DNA from: Escherichia phage UFV-AREG1
Reading direction: 5' to 3' (one strand)
Sequence record: KX009778
Length of the DNA stretch: 64,000 bases
Of this stretch, positions 1 through 11,837 are shown piece after piece. Every line of letters starts with the position of its first letter. The first letter of the stretch is position 1. The notes beneath the pieces were generated by a model. The model saw only the letters and a list, made by a program, of their open reading frames with translations, was not told where the DNA came from and ran no database searches. The position numbers were made by a program, and so were the translations under genes.

Positions 1-994
1 CTGGCCAGAAGGATTCTCTGGAATTTTAACTCTGTCTGGTGGATTATCATCAAATGCTGAAGTAACAGCAGGAGATTTGATGGAAGCCTGGGACTTCTTT
101 GCTGACCGTGAATCTGTTGACGTTCAACTGTTTATTGCGGGTTCTTGTGCTGGTGAATCTTTAGAAACAGCATCTACTGTCCAAAAACACGTCGTTTCAA
201 TTGGTGATGCTCGTCAAGATTGCTTAGTATTGTGCTCACCACCGCGTGAAACTGTAGTTGGAATTCCTGTAACCCGTGCTGTTGATAACTTAGTCAATTG
301 GAGAACTGCAGCAGGTTCATACACTGATAATAACTTTAATATCAGTTCAACCTACGCAGCAATTGATGGTAACTACAAATATCAGTATGACAAATATAAT
401 GATGTGAATCGTTGGGTCCCATTAGCAGCTGATATTGCTGGATTGTGTGCAAGAACTGATAACGTTTCTCATACTTGGATGTCTCCAGCTGGTTATAATC
501 GTGGCCAGATTCTTAACGTTATTAAACTTGCTATTGAAACTCGCCAGGCTCAGCGCGACCGTTTATACCAAGAAGCTATCAACCCAGTAACTGGTACAGG
601 TGGTGATGGTTACGTATTGTATGGTGATAAAACAGCTACTTCTGTTCCTTCTCCATTTGATCGTATTAACGTTCGTCGTCTGTTTAATATGTTGAAAACG
701 AATATCGGACGCAGTTCAAAATATCGTTTGTTCGAATTAAACAATGCGTTTACTCGTTCTTCATTCCGTACAGAAACTGCTCAGTACTTGCAAGGAATTA
801 AAGCTCTTGGCGGAATTTATGAATATCGTGTAGTTTGCGATACAACAAATAACACTCCGTCAGTAATTGATAGAAATGAGTTTGTTGCAACATTCTACAT
901 CCAACCGGCGCGCAGTATAAATTATATTACTTTGAATTTCGTCGCAACTGCTACTGGTGCAGATTTCGATGAGTTAACTGGTCTTGCAGGTTAA
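1..994 (+). CDS. 18: Tail sheath protein gp18, C-terminal part (5' end lies outside window)
   Basis: Reading frame is open from position 2 with no start in window; translation (…CSPPRETVVGIPVTRAVDNLVNW…) matches T-even tail sheath; followed by hairpin and late promoters. Confidence 0.9.
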   Translation, partial: WPEGFSGILTLSGGLSSNAEVTAGDLMEAWDFFADRESVDVQLFIAGSCAGESLETASTVQKHVVSIGDARQDCLVLCSPPRETVVGIPVTRAVDNLVNWRTAAGSYTDNNFNISSTYAAIDGNYKYQYDKYNDVNRWVPLAADIAGLCARTDNVSHTWMSPAGYNRGQILNVIKLAIETRQAQRDRLYQEAINPVTGTGGDGYVLYGDKTATSVPSPFDRINVRRLFNMLKTNIGRSSKYRLFELNNAFTRSSFRTETAQYLQGIKALGGIYEYRVVCDTTNNTPSVIDRNEFVATFYIQPARSINYITLNFVATATGADFDELTGLAG

Positions 995-1010
995 TACGGT
1001 GCATTCTAAA

Positions 1011-1028
1011 GGCCTGTTTCGGCAGGCC
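1011..1028 (+). terminator. GC hairpin (ggcctgt-ttcg-gcaggcc) downstream of gene 18
   Basis: Inverted repeat with UUCG-type loop seen directly after gene 18 stop. Confidence 0.5.
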
Positions 1029-1029
1029 A

Positions 1030-1037
1030 TATAAATA
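1030..1037 (+). promoter_or_regulatory. T4 late promoter box TATAAATA (upstream of gene 19)
   Basis: Exact TATAAATA octamer; a second copy at 1089..1096. Confidence 0.6.
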
Positions 1038-1110
1038 CACTATATCCTTAATTCTTTAATTCTATATGCCCTAGGTTAAACATAGGGATATAAATACTAC
1101 AGAGGCTAAT

Positions 1111-1602
1111 ATGTTTGTAGATGATGTAACACGAGCGTTTGAATCTGGTGATTTTGCTCGACCTAACTTGTTCCAAGTAGAAATTTCTTATCTTGGACAA
1201 AATTTTACGTTTCAATGTAAAGCCACTGCTTTACCAGCTGGTATTGTAGAAAAAATTCCAGTCGGATTTATGAACCGTAAAATTAACGTAGCAGGCGATC
1301 GTACATTCGATGACTGGACTATTACAGTAATGAATGATGAGGCGCATGATGCACGCCAGAAGTTTGTTGACTGGCAAAGCATTGCTGCTGGGCAAGGAAA
1401 CGAAATTACCGGTGGAAAACCAGCAGAGTATAAAAAGAGCGCTATTGTACGCCAATATGCTCGTGACGCTAAAACTGTAACAAAAGAAGTCGAAATTAAA
1501 GGCCTGTGGCCTACTAACGTGGGTGAACTTCAATTAGATTGGGATTCAAACAATGAAATCCAAACATTTGAAGTAACTCTTGCTCTCGATTATTGGGAAT
1601 AA
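1111..1602 (+). CDS. 19: Tail tube protein gp19
   Basis: 163 aa ORF, sequence and length match T4 gp19; position between 18 and 20. Confidence 0.95.
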   Translation: MFVDDVTRAFESGDFARPNLFQVEISYLGQNFTFQCKATALPAGIVEKIPVGFMNRKINVAGDRTFDDWTITVMNDEAHDARQKFVDWQSIAAGQGNEITGGKPAEYKKSAIVRQYARDAKTVTKEVEIKGLWPTNVGELQLDWDSNNEIQTFEVTLALDYWE

Positions 1603-1607
1603 AATGA

Positions 1608-1625
1608 ATGGGGAGAAATCCCCAT
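1608..1625 (+). terminator. Hairpin atggggaGAAAtccccat after gene 19 (terminator or RNA stability element)
   Basis: Perfect 7 bp stem with GAAA tetraloop. Confidence 0.45.
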
Positions 1626-1634
1626 CCTGCTTAA

Positions 1635-3259
<1,625 letters not shown>

Positions 3260-3260
<1 letters not shown>

Positions 3261-3499
3261 TGGAAGGTTTAATTGAAGCTATTAAATCAAACGACCTCGT
3301 AGCCGCTCGTAAATTATTTTCTGAAGCCATGGCTGCAAGAACGATTGATTTAATTAAAGAAGAAAAAATCGCTATCGCTCGTAATTTCTTAATCGAAGGT
3401 GAAGAACCTGAAGACGAGGATGAAGATGATGACGAAGATAGCGATGATAAAGACGACAAAAAAGACAAAGACTCTGACGAAGACGAGGATGATGAATAA
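3260..3499 (+). CDS. 67: Prohead core protein gp67 (acidic internal peptide precursor)
   Basis: 79 aa, highly acidic D/E-rich C-terminus; position after gene 20. Confidence 0.9.
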
Positions 3500-3924
3500 T
3501 GCTTCTGATCCCTGAAACTCATGAATTAGTTCTCGAGAATGTCGAAGCACTTATTCCTGAAGCACAGGGTCGCTTTGACGAATTGTCTTCTGCTTTAAAT
3601 AAAGACGATATAAATACAATTGTCGAGAATATGCTTGATGATGAAACTGATTTAGCGATTGCATTAGCTTCTATTAATGAAAATATGCCGTTAAATGAAT
3701 TCATTGTTAAGCATGTTTCAGCTCGTGGTGAAATTACTCGCACTAAAGATCGCAAAACCCGCGAACGAAATGCATTTCAAACCACTGGGCTGTCTAAAGC
3801 AAAACGTAGACAAATTGCTCGTAAAGCTACCAAAACGAAGATTGCCAATCCAGCAGGTCAATCTCGTGCTCAGCGTAAGCGTAAAAAAGCTCTTAAACGC
3901 CGTAAAGCATTAGGATTAAGCTAA
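3499..3924 (+). CDS. 68: Prohead core protein gp68
   Basis: 141 aa, basic C-terminus; ATGA-type overlap with gene 67 stop; synteny. Confidence 0.88.
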   Translation: MLLIPETHELVLENVEALIPEAQGRFDELSSALNKDDINTIVENMLDDETDLAIALASINENMPLNEFIVKHVSARGEITRTKDRKTRERNAFQTTGLSKAKRRQIARKATKTKIANPAGQSRAQRKRKKALKRRKALGLS

Positions 3925-4562
3925 TGAATGAACCCCAATTACTAATTGAAACTTGGGGTCAACCTGGCGAAATTATTGATGGCGTGCCAATGCTTGAATC
4001 TCACGATGGAAAAGACTTAGGTTTAAAACCGGGTTTATACATCGAAGGAATATTCATGCAAGCGGAAGTCGTCAATAGAAATAAACGTCTTTATCCAAAA
4101 CGCATATTAGAAAAAGCGGTAAAAGACTATATCAATGAGCAAGTTTTAACTAAACAAGCTCTCGGAGAATTAAATCATCCTCCACGCGCTAATGTTGACC
4201 CGATGCAAGCCGCTATCATTATAGAAGATATGTGGTGGAAAGGAAATGACGTATACGGACGAGCTCGTGTTATTGAAGGTGACCACGGTCCTGGAGATAA
4301 ATTAGCAGCTAATATTCGTGCCGGATGGATTCCAGGAGTTTCTTCTCGTGGATTAGGTTCATTGACTGACACAAATAAAGGTTATCGTATCGTAAACGAA
4401 GGATTCAAATTAACTGTAGGTGTTGATGCAGTATGGGGTCCAAGTGCTCCAGATGCATGGGTAACTCCTAAGGAAATTACCGAATCACAGACGGCGGAAG
4501 CCGATACAAGTGCCGATGACGCCTATATGGCTCTCGCAGAGGCCATGAAAAAAGCGTTATAA
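3924..4562 (+). CDS. 21: Prohead core protease gp21
   Basis: 212 aa, matches T4 prohead protease length and sequence. Confidence 0.93.
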   Translation: MNEPQLLIETWGQPGEIIDGVPMLESHDGKDLGLKPGLYIEGIFMQAEVVNRNKRLYPKRILEKAVKDYINEQVLTKQALGELNHPPRANVDPMQAAIIIEDMWWKGNDVYGRARVIEGDHGPGDKLAANIRAGWIPGVSSRGLGSLTDTNKGYRIVNEGFKLTVGVDAVWGPSAPDAWVTPKEITESQTAEADTSADDAYMALAEAMKKAL

Positions 4563-4565
4563 ATA
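4558..4565 (+). promoter_or_regulatory. T4 late promoter TATAAATA overlapping gene 21 stop (upstream of gene 22)
   Basis: Exact octamer. Confidence 0.55.
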
Positions 4566-4592
4566 TTATTATCTAAACAACAGGACTACAAA

Positions 4593-5402
4593 ATGCTTAA
4601 AGAACAACTGATTGCCGAAGCGCAGAAAATTGATGCTTCCGTTGCTCTTGATAGTATTTTCGAATCAGTTAATATTTCTCCGGAAGCAAAAGAAACTTTC
4701 GGCACTGTATTCGAAGCTACCGTCAAGCAGCACGCCGTTAAATTAGCTGAATCTCATATCGCTAAAATTGCTGAAAAAGCAGAAGAAGAAGTAGAAAAAA
4801 ATAAAGAAGAAGCCGAAGAAAAAGCTGAGAAGAAAATCGCTGAGCAAGCTTCTAAATTCATCGACCATCTTGCGAAAGAATGGCTCGCTGAAAATAAATT
4901 AGCAGTTGATAAAGGCATCAAAGCCGAACTGTTTGAATCCATGCTTGGTGGATTAAAAGAGCTCTTTGTTGAACACAACGTTGTTGTTCCAGAAGAATCA
5001 GTTGATGTTGTAGCTGAAATGGAAGAAGAGCTGCAAGAACATAAAGAAGAATCAGCTCGTCTGTTCGAAGAACTCAATAAGCGTGACGCATATATCAATT
5101 ATGTGCAGCGTGAAGTGGCATTGAGCGAAAGTACTAAAGATCTGACTGAGTCTCAAAAAGAAAAAGTCTCTGCTCTGGTCGAAGGTATGGATTATTCAGA
5201 TGAATTCTCAAGTAAATTGAGTGCCATCGTAGAAATGGTGAAGAAGTCTAATAAAGATGAAAGCACTATTACTGAGGGTATAAATACTCCTGATACTGAA
5301 GCAGCCGGACTGAATTTCGTCACTGAAGCTGTAGAAGATAAAGCTGCACCTGGTGCAGAAGATATTGTAAGTGTATATGCGAAAGTCGCATCTCGTTTCT
5401 AA
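4593..5402 (+). CDS. 22: Prohead scaffold core protein gp22
   Basis: 269 aa, E/K-rich helical scaffold protein; synteny. Confidence 0.93.
   Translation: MLKEQLIAEAQKIDASVALDSIFESVNISPEAKETFGTVFEATVKQHAVKLAESHIAKIAEKAEEEVEKNKEEAEEKAEKKIAEQASKFIDHLAKEWLAENKLAVDKGIKAELFESMLGGLKELFVEHNVVVPEESVDVVAEMEEELQEHKEESARLFEELNKRDAYINYVQREVALSESTKDLTESQKEKVSALVEGMDYSDEFSSKLSAIVEMVKKSNKDESTITEGINTPDTEAAGLNFVTEAVEDKAAPGAEDIVSVYAKVASRF
5279..5286 (+). promoter_or_regulatory. T4 late promoter TATAAATA inside 3' end of gene 22 (gene 23 promoter position)
   Basis: Exact octamer about 135 nt upstream of gene 23 start. Confidence 0.6.
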
Positions 5403-5420
5403 TTTTAAAGGTTAACACAA

Positions 5421-6986
5421 ATGACTATCAAAACTAAAGCTGAACTTTTGAACAAATGGAAGCCATTACTGGAAGGTGAAGGTTTACCGGAAATTGCTAA
5501 TAGCAAACAAGCGATTATCGCTAAAATCTTTGAAAACCAGGAAAAAGATTTCCAGACAGCTCCGGAATATAAAGACGAAAAAATTGCTCAGGCATTTGGT
5601 TCTTTCTTAACAGAAGCTGAAATCGGTGGTGACCACGGTTACAATGCTACTAACATCGCTGCAGGTCAGACTTCTGGCGCAGTAACTCAGATTGGCCCGG
5701 CTGTTATGGGTATGGTACGTCGTGCTATTCCTAACCTGATTGCTTTCGATATTTGCGGTGTTCAACCAATGAGCAGCCCAACCGGTCAGGTATTCGCACT
5801 CCGCGCGGTATATGGTAAAGATCCGATCGCTTCCGATGCTAAAGAAGCATTCCACCCAATGTATGGTCCAGACGCAATGTTCTCTGGTCAGGGTGCTGCT
5901 AAGAAATTCCCAGCTCTGGCTGCTAGCACACAAACCGTTGTAGGTGATATCTATACTCACTTCTTCCAGGAAACTGGTACTGTGTATCTGCAAGCTTCCG
6001 CTGTAGTAACAATCGATGCTGGTGCGACTGATGCTGCTAAATTAGATGCTGAAATTAAGAAACAAATGGAAGCTGGTGTACTGGTAGAAATCGCTGAAGG
6101 TATGGCTACTTCTATCGCTGAACTTCAGGAAGGTTTCAACGGTTCTACCGATAACCCATGGAATGAAATGGGCTTCCGTATCGATAAACAAGTTATCGAA
6201 GCTAAATCTCGCCAGCTGAAAGCTGCTTACTCTATCGAATTAGCACAAGACCTCCGCGCTGTTCACGGTATGGATGCTGATGCTGAACTGTCTGGTATTC
6301 TGGCTACCGAAATCATGCTGGAAATCAACCGCGAAGTTGTTGATTGGATTAACTACTCGGCTCAGGTTGGTAAATCTGGTATGACCCTGACTCCGGGTTC
6401 TAAAGCTGGTGTATTTGACTTCCAGGATCCGATTGATATTCGTGGTGCTCGCTGGGCGGGTGAATCCTTTAAAGCTCTGTTGTTCCAGATTGACAAAGAA
6501 GCAGTTGAAATTGCTCGTCAGACCGGTCGTGGTGAAGGTAACTTCATTATCGCTTCCCGTAACGTAGTTAACGTTCTGGCTTCAGTTGATACTGGCATTT
6601 CTTATGCTGCACAGGGTCTGGCTACCGGCTTTAACACTGATACTACCAAGTCAGTATTTGCGGGTGTTCTGGGTGGTAAATACCGTGTATATATCGACCA
6701 GTATGCTAAACAGGATTATTTCACTGTAGGTTATAAAGGTCCGAACGAAATGGATGCTGGTATTTACTATGCTCCATATGTAGCTCTGACTCCGCTGCGT
6801 GGTTCCGATCCGAAGAACTTCCAACCAGTAATGGGATTCAAAACTCGTTACGGTATCGGTATCAACCCATTTGCAGAATCCGCTGCTCAGGCTCCGGCTT
6901 CTCGCATCCAGAGCGGTATGCCTTCTATTCTGAATAGCCTTGGTAAAAACGCTTACTTCCGCCGTGTATATGTTAAAGGTATCTAA
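5421..6986 (+). CDS. 23: Major capsid protein gp23
   Basis: 521 aa, sequence MTIKTKAELLNKWKPLLEGEGLPEIANSKQAIIAKIFENQEKDF… matches T4 gp23. Confidence 0.97.
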   Translation: MTIKTKAELLNKWKPLLEGEGLPEIANSKQAIIAKIFENQEKDFQTAPEYKDEKIAQAFGSFLTEAEIGGDHGYNATNIAAGQTSGAVTQIGPAVMGMVRRAIPNLIAFDICGVQPMSSPTGQVFALRAVYGKDPIASDAKEAFHPMYGPDAMFSGQGAAKKFPALAASTQTVVGDIYTHFFQETGTVYLQASAVVTIDAGATDAAKLDAEIKKQMEAGVLVEIAEGMATSIAELQEGFNGSTDNPWNEMGFRIDKQVIEAKSRQLKAAYSIELAQDLRAVHGMDADAELSGILATEIMLEINREVVDWINYSAQVGKSGMTLTPGSKAGVFDFQDPIDIRGARWAGESFKALLFQIDKEAVEIARQTGRGEGNFIIASRNVVNVLASVDTGISYAAQGLATGFNTDTTKSVFAGVLGGKYRVYIDQYAKQDYFTVGYKGPNEMDAGIYYAPYVALTPLRGSDPKNFQPVMGFKTRYGIGINPFAESAAQAPASRIQSGMPSILNSLGKNAYFRRVYVKGI

Positions 6987-7001
6987 TCTTTGACGATTTA
7001 A

Positions 7002-7025
7002 GGGACCTTCGGGTCCCTTTAGTTG
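7002..7025 (+). terminator. Intrinsic terminator after gene 23 (gggacc-ttcg-ggtccc + T run)
   Basis: Perfect 6 bp GC stem, UUCG loop, followed by T-rich tract. Confidence 0.7.
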
Positions 7026-7034
7026 TTTTTATGG

Positions 7035-7042
7035 TATAAATA
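7035..7042 (+). promoter_or_regulatory. T4 late promoter TATAAATA upstream of gene 24
   Basis: Exact octamer about 28 nt upstream of ATG. Confidence 0.6.
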
Positions 7043-7069
7043 AATCATATAAACCAAAAGGAAAGCGCA

Positions 7070-8353
7070 ATGGCTAAAATCAACGAACTTCTGCGCGAAT
7101 CAACCACAACGAATAGCAACTCAATCGGTCGCCCAAATCTCGTTGCTTTGACTCGCGCTACCACTAAATTAATATATTCTGACATTGTAGCAACGCAAAG
7201 AACTAATCAACCTGTTGCTGCTTTTTATGGTATCAAATACCTTAACCCAGATAACGAATTTACGTTTAAAACTGGTGCTACTTACGCTGGCGAAGCTGGA
7301 TATGTAGACCGAGAACAAATCACAGAATTAACAGAAGAGTCTAAATTAACTCTCAATAAAGGCGATTTATTCAAATATAATAATATCGTTTATAAAGTAT
7401 TAGAAGATACACCATTTGCTGATATTGAAGAAAGCGATTTAGAATTAGCTCTTCAGATTGCAATCGTTCTTTTAAAGGTTCGTCTATTTTCTGATGCTGC
7501 AGTAACAAGCAAATTTGAAAGCTCTGATAGTGAAATTGCGGATGCTAGATTCCAGATTAATAAATGGCAAACCGCAGTTAAATCTCGTAAACTTAAAACT
7601 GGTATCACAGTTGAATTAGCACAAGATTTAGAAGCAAATGGATTCGATGCTCCTAATTTCTTAGAAGATTTGCTTGCAACTGAAATGGCAGATGAAATCA
7701 ATAAAGATATTCTGCAGTCTTTGATTACAGTGTCAAAACGCTATAAAGTTACAGGAATTACTGACACTGGATTCATTGATTTGAGTTATGCATCTGCACC
7801 TGAAGCTGGTCGTTCATTATACCGAATGGTATGTGAAATGGTTTCACATATCCAAAAAGAATCAACTTACACAGCAACGTTCTGTGTTGCTTCAGCTCGT
7901 GCCGCCGCGATTCTTGCTGCATCAGGTTGGTTAAAACATAAACCAGAAGATGACAAATATCTTTCACAAAATGCCTATGGATTCTTAGCTAATGGTTTAC
8001 CGCTTTATTGCGATACTAACAGCCCATTAGATTATGTAATCGTTGGTGTAGTAGAAAATATTGGCGAAAAAGAAATTGTTGGGTCAATTTTCTATGCTCC
8101 GTATACAGAAGGTCTCGACTTAGATGACCCTGAACATGTAGGTGCATTTAAAGTTGTAGTTGATCCAGAAAGTTTGCAGCCATCTATCGGTTTATTGGTT
8201 AGATATGCTTTATCTGCAAATCCTTACACTGTAGCAAAAGATGAAAAAGAAGCAAGAATAATTGATGGTGGAGACATGGATAAAATGGCGGGTCGTTCAG
8301 ATTTGTCTGTTTTATTAGGTGTTAAGCTACCAAAAATTATTGTTGATGAATAA
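7070..8353 (+). CDS. 24: Capsid vertex protein gp24
   Basis: 427 aa, gp23 paralog; no segD-like ORF lies between 23 and 24 here. Confidence 0.93.
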   Translation: MAKINELLRESTTTNSNSIGRPNLVALTRATTKLIYSDIVATQRTNQPVAAFYGIKYLNPDNEFTFKTGATYAGEAGYVDREQITELTEESKLTLNKGDLFKYNNIVYKVLEDTPFADIEESDLELALQIAIVLLKVRLFSDAAVTSKFESSDSEIADARFQINKWQTAVKSRKLKTGITVELAQDLEANGFDAPNFLEDLLATEMADEINKDILQSLITVSKRYKVTGITDTGFIDLSYASAPEAGRSLYRMVCEMVSHIQKESTYTATFCVASARAAAILAASGWLKHKPEDDKYLSQNAYGFLANGLPLYCDTNSPLDYVIVGVVENIGEKEIVGSIFYAPYTEGLDLDDPEHVGAFKVVVDPESLQPSIGLLVRYALSANPYTVAKDEKEARIIDGGDMDKMAGRSDLSVLLGVKLPKIIVDE

Positions 8354-8360
8354 AACAAAG

Positions 8361-8381
8361 GGACCTTTCGGTCCCTTTTTA
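8361..8381. terminator. Bidirectional hairpin terminator between gene 24 (+) and rnlB (-)
   Basis: gggacc-tttc-ggtccc followed by ttttt. Confidence 0.65.
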
Positions 8382-8382
8382 T

Positions 8383-9387
8383 TTAACTTACCAATTCAAT
8401 CCAAGCCGGACGAAGTACATCTTGTACCATTTTAACTAATTCCTTTTTAATCAAAGAAGGATTATCCGCTTGAGTTAGAGTAATACCTTCACGAGAAGTT
8501 TCTTCCAAAATATCTTGAACAGTTAGTCCCATCACCTTTCCAAAATCTTTTGGACCAATTTCACCAATTTTAGAAATAACGTTATTTACTCGGTTCAGTG
8601 TAACGTAGCAAGCTAAAATTCCCAGCAATTTATTATCAGCTTCTGACAGCTCAACTTTAGCTTTAATAGGCTTATCAGACTTTTTCTTTTCGCTAAATTT
8701 AGAGTTCTTGCATTTGATGGCTACACGATTGCCATTAGGCATCCAAGAAGGATAACAAGGTTTCAATACATATCCTTCAGCGGTAAATACTTCGCCTTTG
8801 GCTTCGGCATTCCAAACGCATTTATTTGCATCAACTAATCCAGCATGGTCTACTGTAAAATTATAATCTTGGACAACAGAATCTAAATCATTTGGCAATT
8901 TAATAAGCTCTTCAAATTTACCGCGGCCTAAAAGTGGAGCCATTTTAAATTTAAATGTATTACAGAATGATTCCATCATATAATCATCGACATAAGTCAC
9001 ATCACCACTTTCTGTAGTGACAATAATGTCAAATACATAAAAATCTTTATCACCATAATCAACATTCTTCTGAATGCCAGGTCCAGCGAATTCACCAAAG
9101 ACTTGATAAGATACAACTGCTGAAGTTTCCATAATATCTTGTACTGCTTTAATGGAATCAGCGTAATTCTTCAAAATAATTTCATACCCAAAGAAATCTT
9201 CAGCAGGAAGAATAGGACCAGTACGTTTAGCGCAAGTTACTTTATCACGCTCAATAATCAACGAGAAATTTGTGCCATGAATCTTTTCACGAGCTACCCA
9301 CTCCCCACCAGTCAATCCCAAGCTATAAAGTTTTTCAATAAATTTAGAGTTGTAATGATTTTCAAGACTGCTATACTTTTTAAACAT
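8383..9387 (-). CDS. rnlB: RNA ligase 2 (Rnl2)
   Basis: 334 aa; nucleotidyltransferase motif I KIHGTN near N-terminus; matches T4 Rnl2. Confidence 0.93.
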   Translation of the reverse strand: MFKKYSSLENHYNSKFIEKLYSLGLTGGEWVAREKIHGTNFSLIIERDKVTCAKRTGPILPAEDFFGYEIILKNYADSIKAVQDIMETSAVVSYQVFGEFAGPGIQKNVDYGDKDFYVFDIIVTTESGDVTYVDDYMMESFCNTFKFKMAPLLGRGKFEELIKLPNDLDSVVQDYNFTVDHAGLVDANKCVWNAEAKGEVFTAEGYVLKPCYPSWMPNGNRVAIKCKNSKFSEKKKSDKPIKAKVELSEADNKLLGILACYVTLNRVNNVISKIGEIGPKDFGKVMGLTVQDILEETSREGITLTQADNPSLIKKELVKMVQDVLRPAWIELVS

Positions 9388-9396
9388 AATTAATCC

Positions 9397-9675
9397 TCAA
9401 AATGTAATTTCTAACCAATCACCATCACGCTGATCACTATTAACTTTAAAGCTAAATCCTTCTTTTCTCAGCCAATCACCAATTTCTTCAGTAATCAATT
9501 TATCACGAGCAATGCAATAATAACTAAAATGTGTTTTACCTTGTTCAGCTGCTTTATTAGCAAGTTCTGAAAAATCTTTAATAAAGCACTCTAGCTTAAA
9601 CTGTTTACTTTTTAATGCTTTTTCGCGCAATTGATTAGCAAAAGATTCATTTTCATAAAGATCATACTGTTCCAT
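9397..9675 (-). CDS. Hypothetical protein (T4 24.2 position)
   Basis: 92 aa ORF between rnlB and hoc. Confidence 0.7.
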   Translation of the reverse strand: MEQYDLYENESFANQLREKALKSKQFKLECFIKDFSELANKAAEQGKTHFSYYCIARDKLITEEIGDWLRKEGFSFKVNSDQRDGDWLEITF

Positions 9676-9877
9676 TTTTCACCTTTTTATTGATATGTCT
9701 TTTTCTATAGACAACTTTTTCTCGAGTTTCAAATTTATTCTTAGCAGTCATAGCTCGAGCCCATAATACAGCCACTTCTTTTGCCTGTAAGTTTAATTCA
9801 CGAGCAATTTCAATGAATGACTTTCCAGACTCATGAAGAGTAAACACCACAACCTCAGTTCTCATAATCAATCTCAT
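9662..9877 (-). CDS. Hypothetical protein (T4 24.3 position)
   Basis: 71 aa ORF overlapping the downstream ORF by 14 nt. Confidence 0.65.
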   Translation of the reverse strand: MRLIMRTEVVVFTLHESGKSFIEIARELNLQAKEVAVLWARAMTAKNKFETREKVVYRKRHINKKVKNGTV

Positions 9878-9946
9878 GTTATCGAGTTGGTGCCATTATA
9901 TACATCATTTTCTGATTGTGTTTTGTGTGCTTTCAAAATGAAGAAA

Positions 9947-9960
9947 GGGGCCGAAGCCCC
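9947..9960 (-). terminator. Hairpin ggggc-cgaa-gcccc downstream of hoc
   Basis: GC stem-loop followed by T run in minus sense. Confidence 0.6.
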
Positions 9961-9966
9961 TTACGA

Positions 9967-11097
9967 TTATGGATAGGTATAGATGATACCAGTTTCTAAA
10001 GCAGTTTTATGAATGATGTATCCATTACGTGATTCTTGAACATCAACTTCTGGATAGTCTTTCATCATCTTCTGAAGAGTATAACGATGCAAGTAGTATT
10101 TACTATCTGGATCGTCAGTTTTCCAATCTTTACCTTCTTCGGTCATTTTTTGGATTTCATCCATAACCCACCAACCGCACCAGATGTAAGCTGAAGTACG
10201 ATGTGGAAGAGGATGAACATAAGGTAATTCACCTTCTGGTTCTGGAGCAACTTTATCAGTTACCTGAACTTGACCTTCTGCTGTAATAGTTTTGCTATCA
10301 TAATCAGTAGCAGTAACAGTTGCAGTAACTTCAATAGTTTGACTTCCAATAGATGAGGTATCAACGGTATATACATTAGTTGACCCTTCTACAGGAGAAG
10401 AATCTTTCTTCCATGAATATTCAATTTGCGCTTCTTCTGGAGCATCCGTAACATTAGCCGTAAATGTAGCCGAAGCATCTTGCTGAACGTTAATAGAAGG
10501 AGGAGTCAATGTAATCTGTGGATTCATTGTCTTCTTATTAACAGTCAGTGATACTTCATTAGAAGTAACTTCTTTTGCATCATAATCTGTTGCCGTCACT
10601 TGGGCTACACATTTAATTCTTTTTACTCCACTTGTAGTTGGAGTATAGCTAAATGTAGCGTTAGTTGCTTCGCTCACAGGAGAATCATCTACATGCCACT
10701 GATACGTAGCAGATGCGCCTGATGGTTGAGAAGCTAAAGCAGCAGTAAATTCAACAGCTGTTCCGATTACTCCAGCAGCAGGGCTATCAGGAGTTACAGC
10801 CAATGTAGTTGTCTGAGTTTTATTTTGAACTGTGATAGTAGTTGACGCTTGAGCTGTTTCAGCTTCAGTATCAGGAACTGGATTTGTTGCAACTACCTTA
10901 ATAGTCTTTTGACCGGCAGGTCCTTTTAACACATAATCAAAAGTTGCCTCTGATCCTTCCTGAGGAACATCATCTACAGTCCAAGCATATGTAATAGGTC
11001 CATCTCCAGTTTGACCACTGGGCGTAGCAGTAAACTGCTGAGTCTGATCTATAACTCCAGTAGGTGTTTTAGGAGTTATATCAACTGTAAAAGCCAT
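9967..11097 (-). CDS. hoc: Highly immunogenic outer capsid protein Hoc (Ig-like domains)
   Basis: 376 aa, T/S-rich tandem Ig-like domain pattern; length matches T4 Hoc. Confidence 0.92.
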   Translation of the reverse strand: MAFTVDITPKTPTGVIDQTQQFTATPSGQTGDGPITYAWTVDDVPQEGSEATFDYVLKGPAGQKTIKVVATNPVPDTEAETAQASTTITVQNKTQTTTLAVTPDSPAAGVIGTAVEFTAALASQPSGASATYQWHVDDSPVSEATNATFSYTPTTSGVKRIKCVAQVTATDYDAKEVTSNEVSLTVNKKTMNPQITLTPPSINVQQDASATFTANVTDAPEEAQIEYSWKKDSSPVEGSTNVYTVDTSSIGSQTIEVTATVTATDYDSKTITAEGQVQVTDKVAPEPEGELPYVHPLPHRTSAYIWCGWWVMDEIQKMTEEGKDWKTDDPDSKYYLHRYTLQKMMKDYPEVDVQESRNGYIIHKTALETGIIYTYP

Positions 11098-11106
11098 AAG
11101 TTATCC

Positions 11107-11787
11107 TTATTTTAATGTTACGAAAGAAGAATTGCGTGTTTCACGAATTAAAACTGATCCGTCACGGTTAATGTAATAAATTAAGCTAAATAAAGTTTGG
11201 TGTGCTGACGCGTGTTCAAAACTAGTTGGGTGAGATTTCCAATCCGGAGTTTCAGCAATCCATTGATAAATCCACCAAGGAACAGTACAGAATCCTGGAT
11301 TTTTTCCAATCAGCTGAAGATTCGGACTAAAGTTTTCCGGAAGAGTAAATACAGACGGCTTTTCAGATTCAATAATCTCAGCTACGGCCTGCTCGAATTT
11401 TTCTTCAACAAAAGGAGTATCTTCAATCAAAACATCGGTATTTTCGGGAATTTTATCCGTTTCGACTACTTCAATTTTAATGTCAGATTTAACCGGAGAA
11501 TCAATCAGAAGTGCTGCTTCTGGATTGACTTCTTCATCGTCATATTTTAATCCCTCTGCGGCATCAGCAGCATTGATTAAGTCTTTAATAGATAACCCAT
11601 CAGTCTCTGGCATAGGTTCACTAGCGAGCTTCTGGAGGGCTTCTTCAATATCAATAACGATATTATCAAAAGATTTATTCTTTTTGACCTTTATACCAAA
11701 CTGTTCAGCATATTCAGCTAATTTAGCTTTAGCTTCTTTATTATCATCAAGAGCCTTCAGCTCTGCAATATAATCTTTATCTATCAT
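11107..11787 (-). CDS. inh: Inhibitor of prohead protease Inh
   Basis: 226 aa, position after hoc. Confidence 0.85.
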   Translation of the reverse strand: MIDKDYIAELKALDDNKEAKAKLAEYAEQFGIKVKKNKSFDNIVIDIEEALQKLASEPMPETDGLSIKDLINAADAAEGLKYDDEEVNPEAALLIDSPVKSDIKIEVVETDKIPENTDVLIEDTPFVEEKFEQAVAEIIESEKPSVFTLPENFSPNLQLIGKNPGFCTVPWWIYQWIAETPDWKSHPTSFEHASAHQTLFSLIYYINRDGSVLIRETRNSSFVTLK

Positions 11788-11800
11788 AATATTTCCTCAG

Positions 11801-11808
11801 TATAAATA
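11801..11808 (+). promoter_or_regulatory. T4 late promoter TATAAATA upstream of uvsW
   Basis: Exact octamer about 30 nt upstream of uvsW ATG. Confidence 0.6.
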
Positions 11809-11837
11809 TAGATATATTTATTACATGGTATTTAGAC

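Noticed and set aside
1231-1533. 100 aa ORF antisense within gene 19
   Set aside because: Fully embedded antisense to a highly conserved structural gene; no start context.
4754-5098. 114 aa Ser-rich ORF antisense within gene 22
   Set aside because: Antisense low-complexity reading of the E/K-rich scaffold gene.
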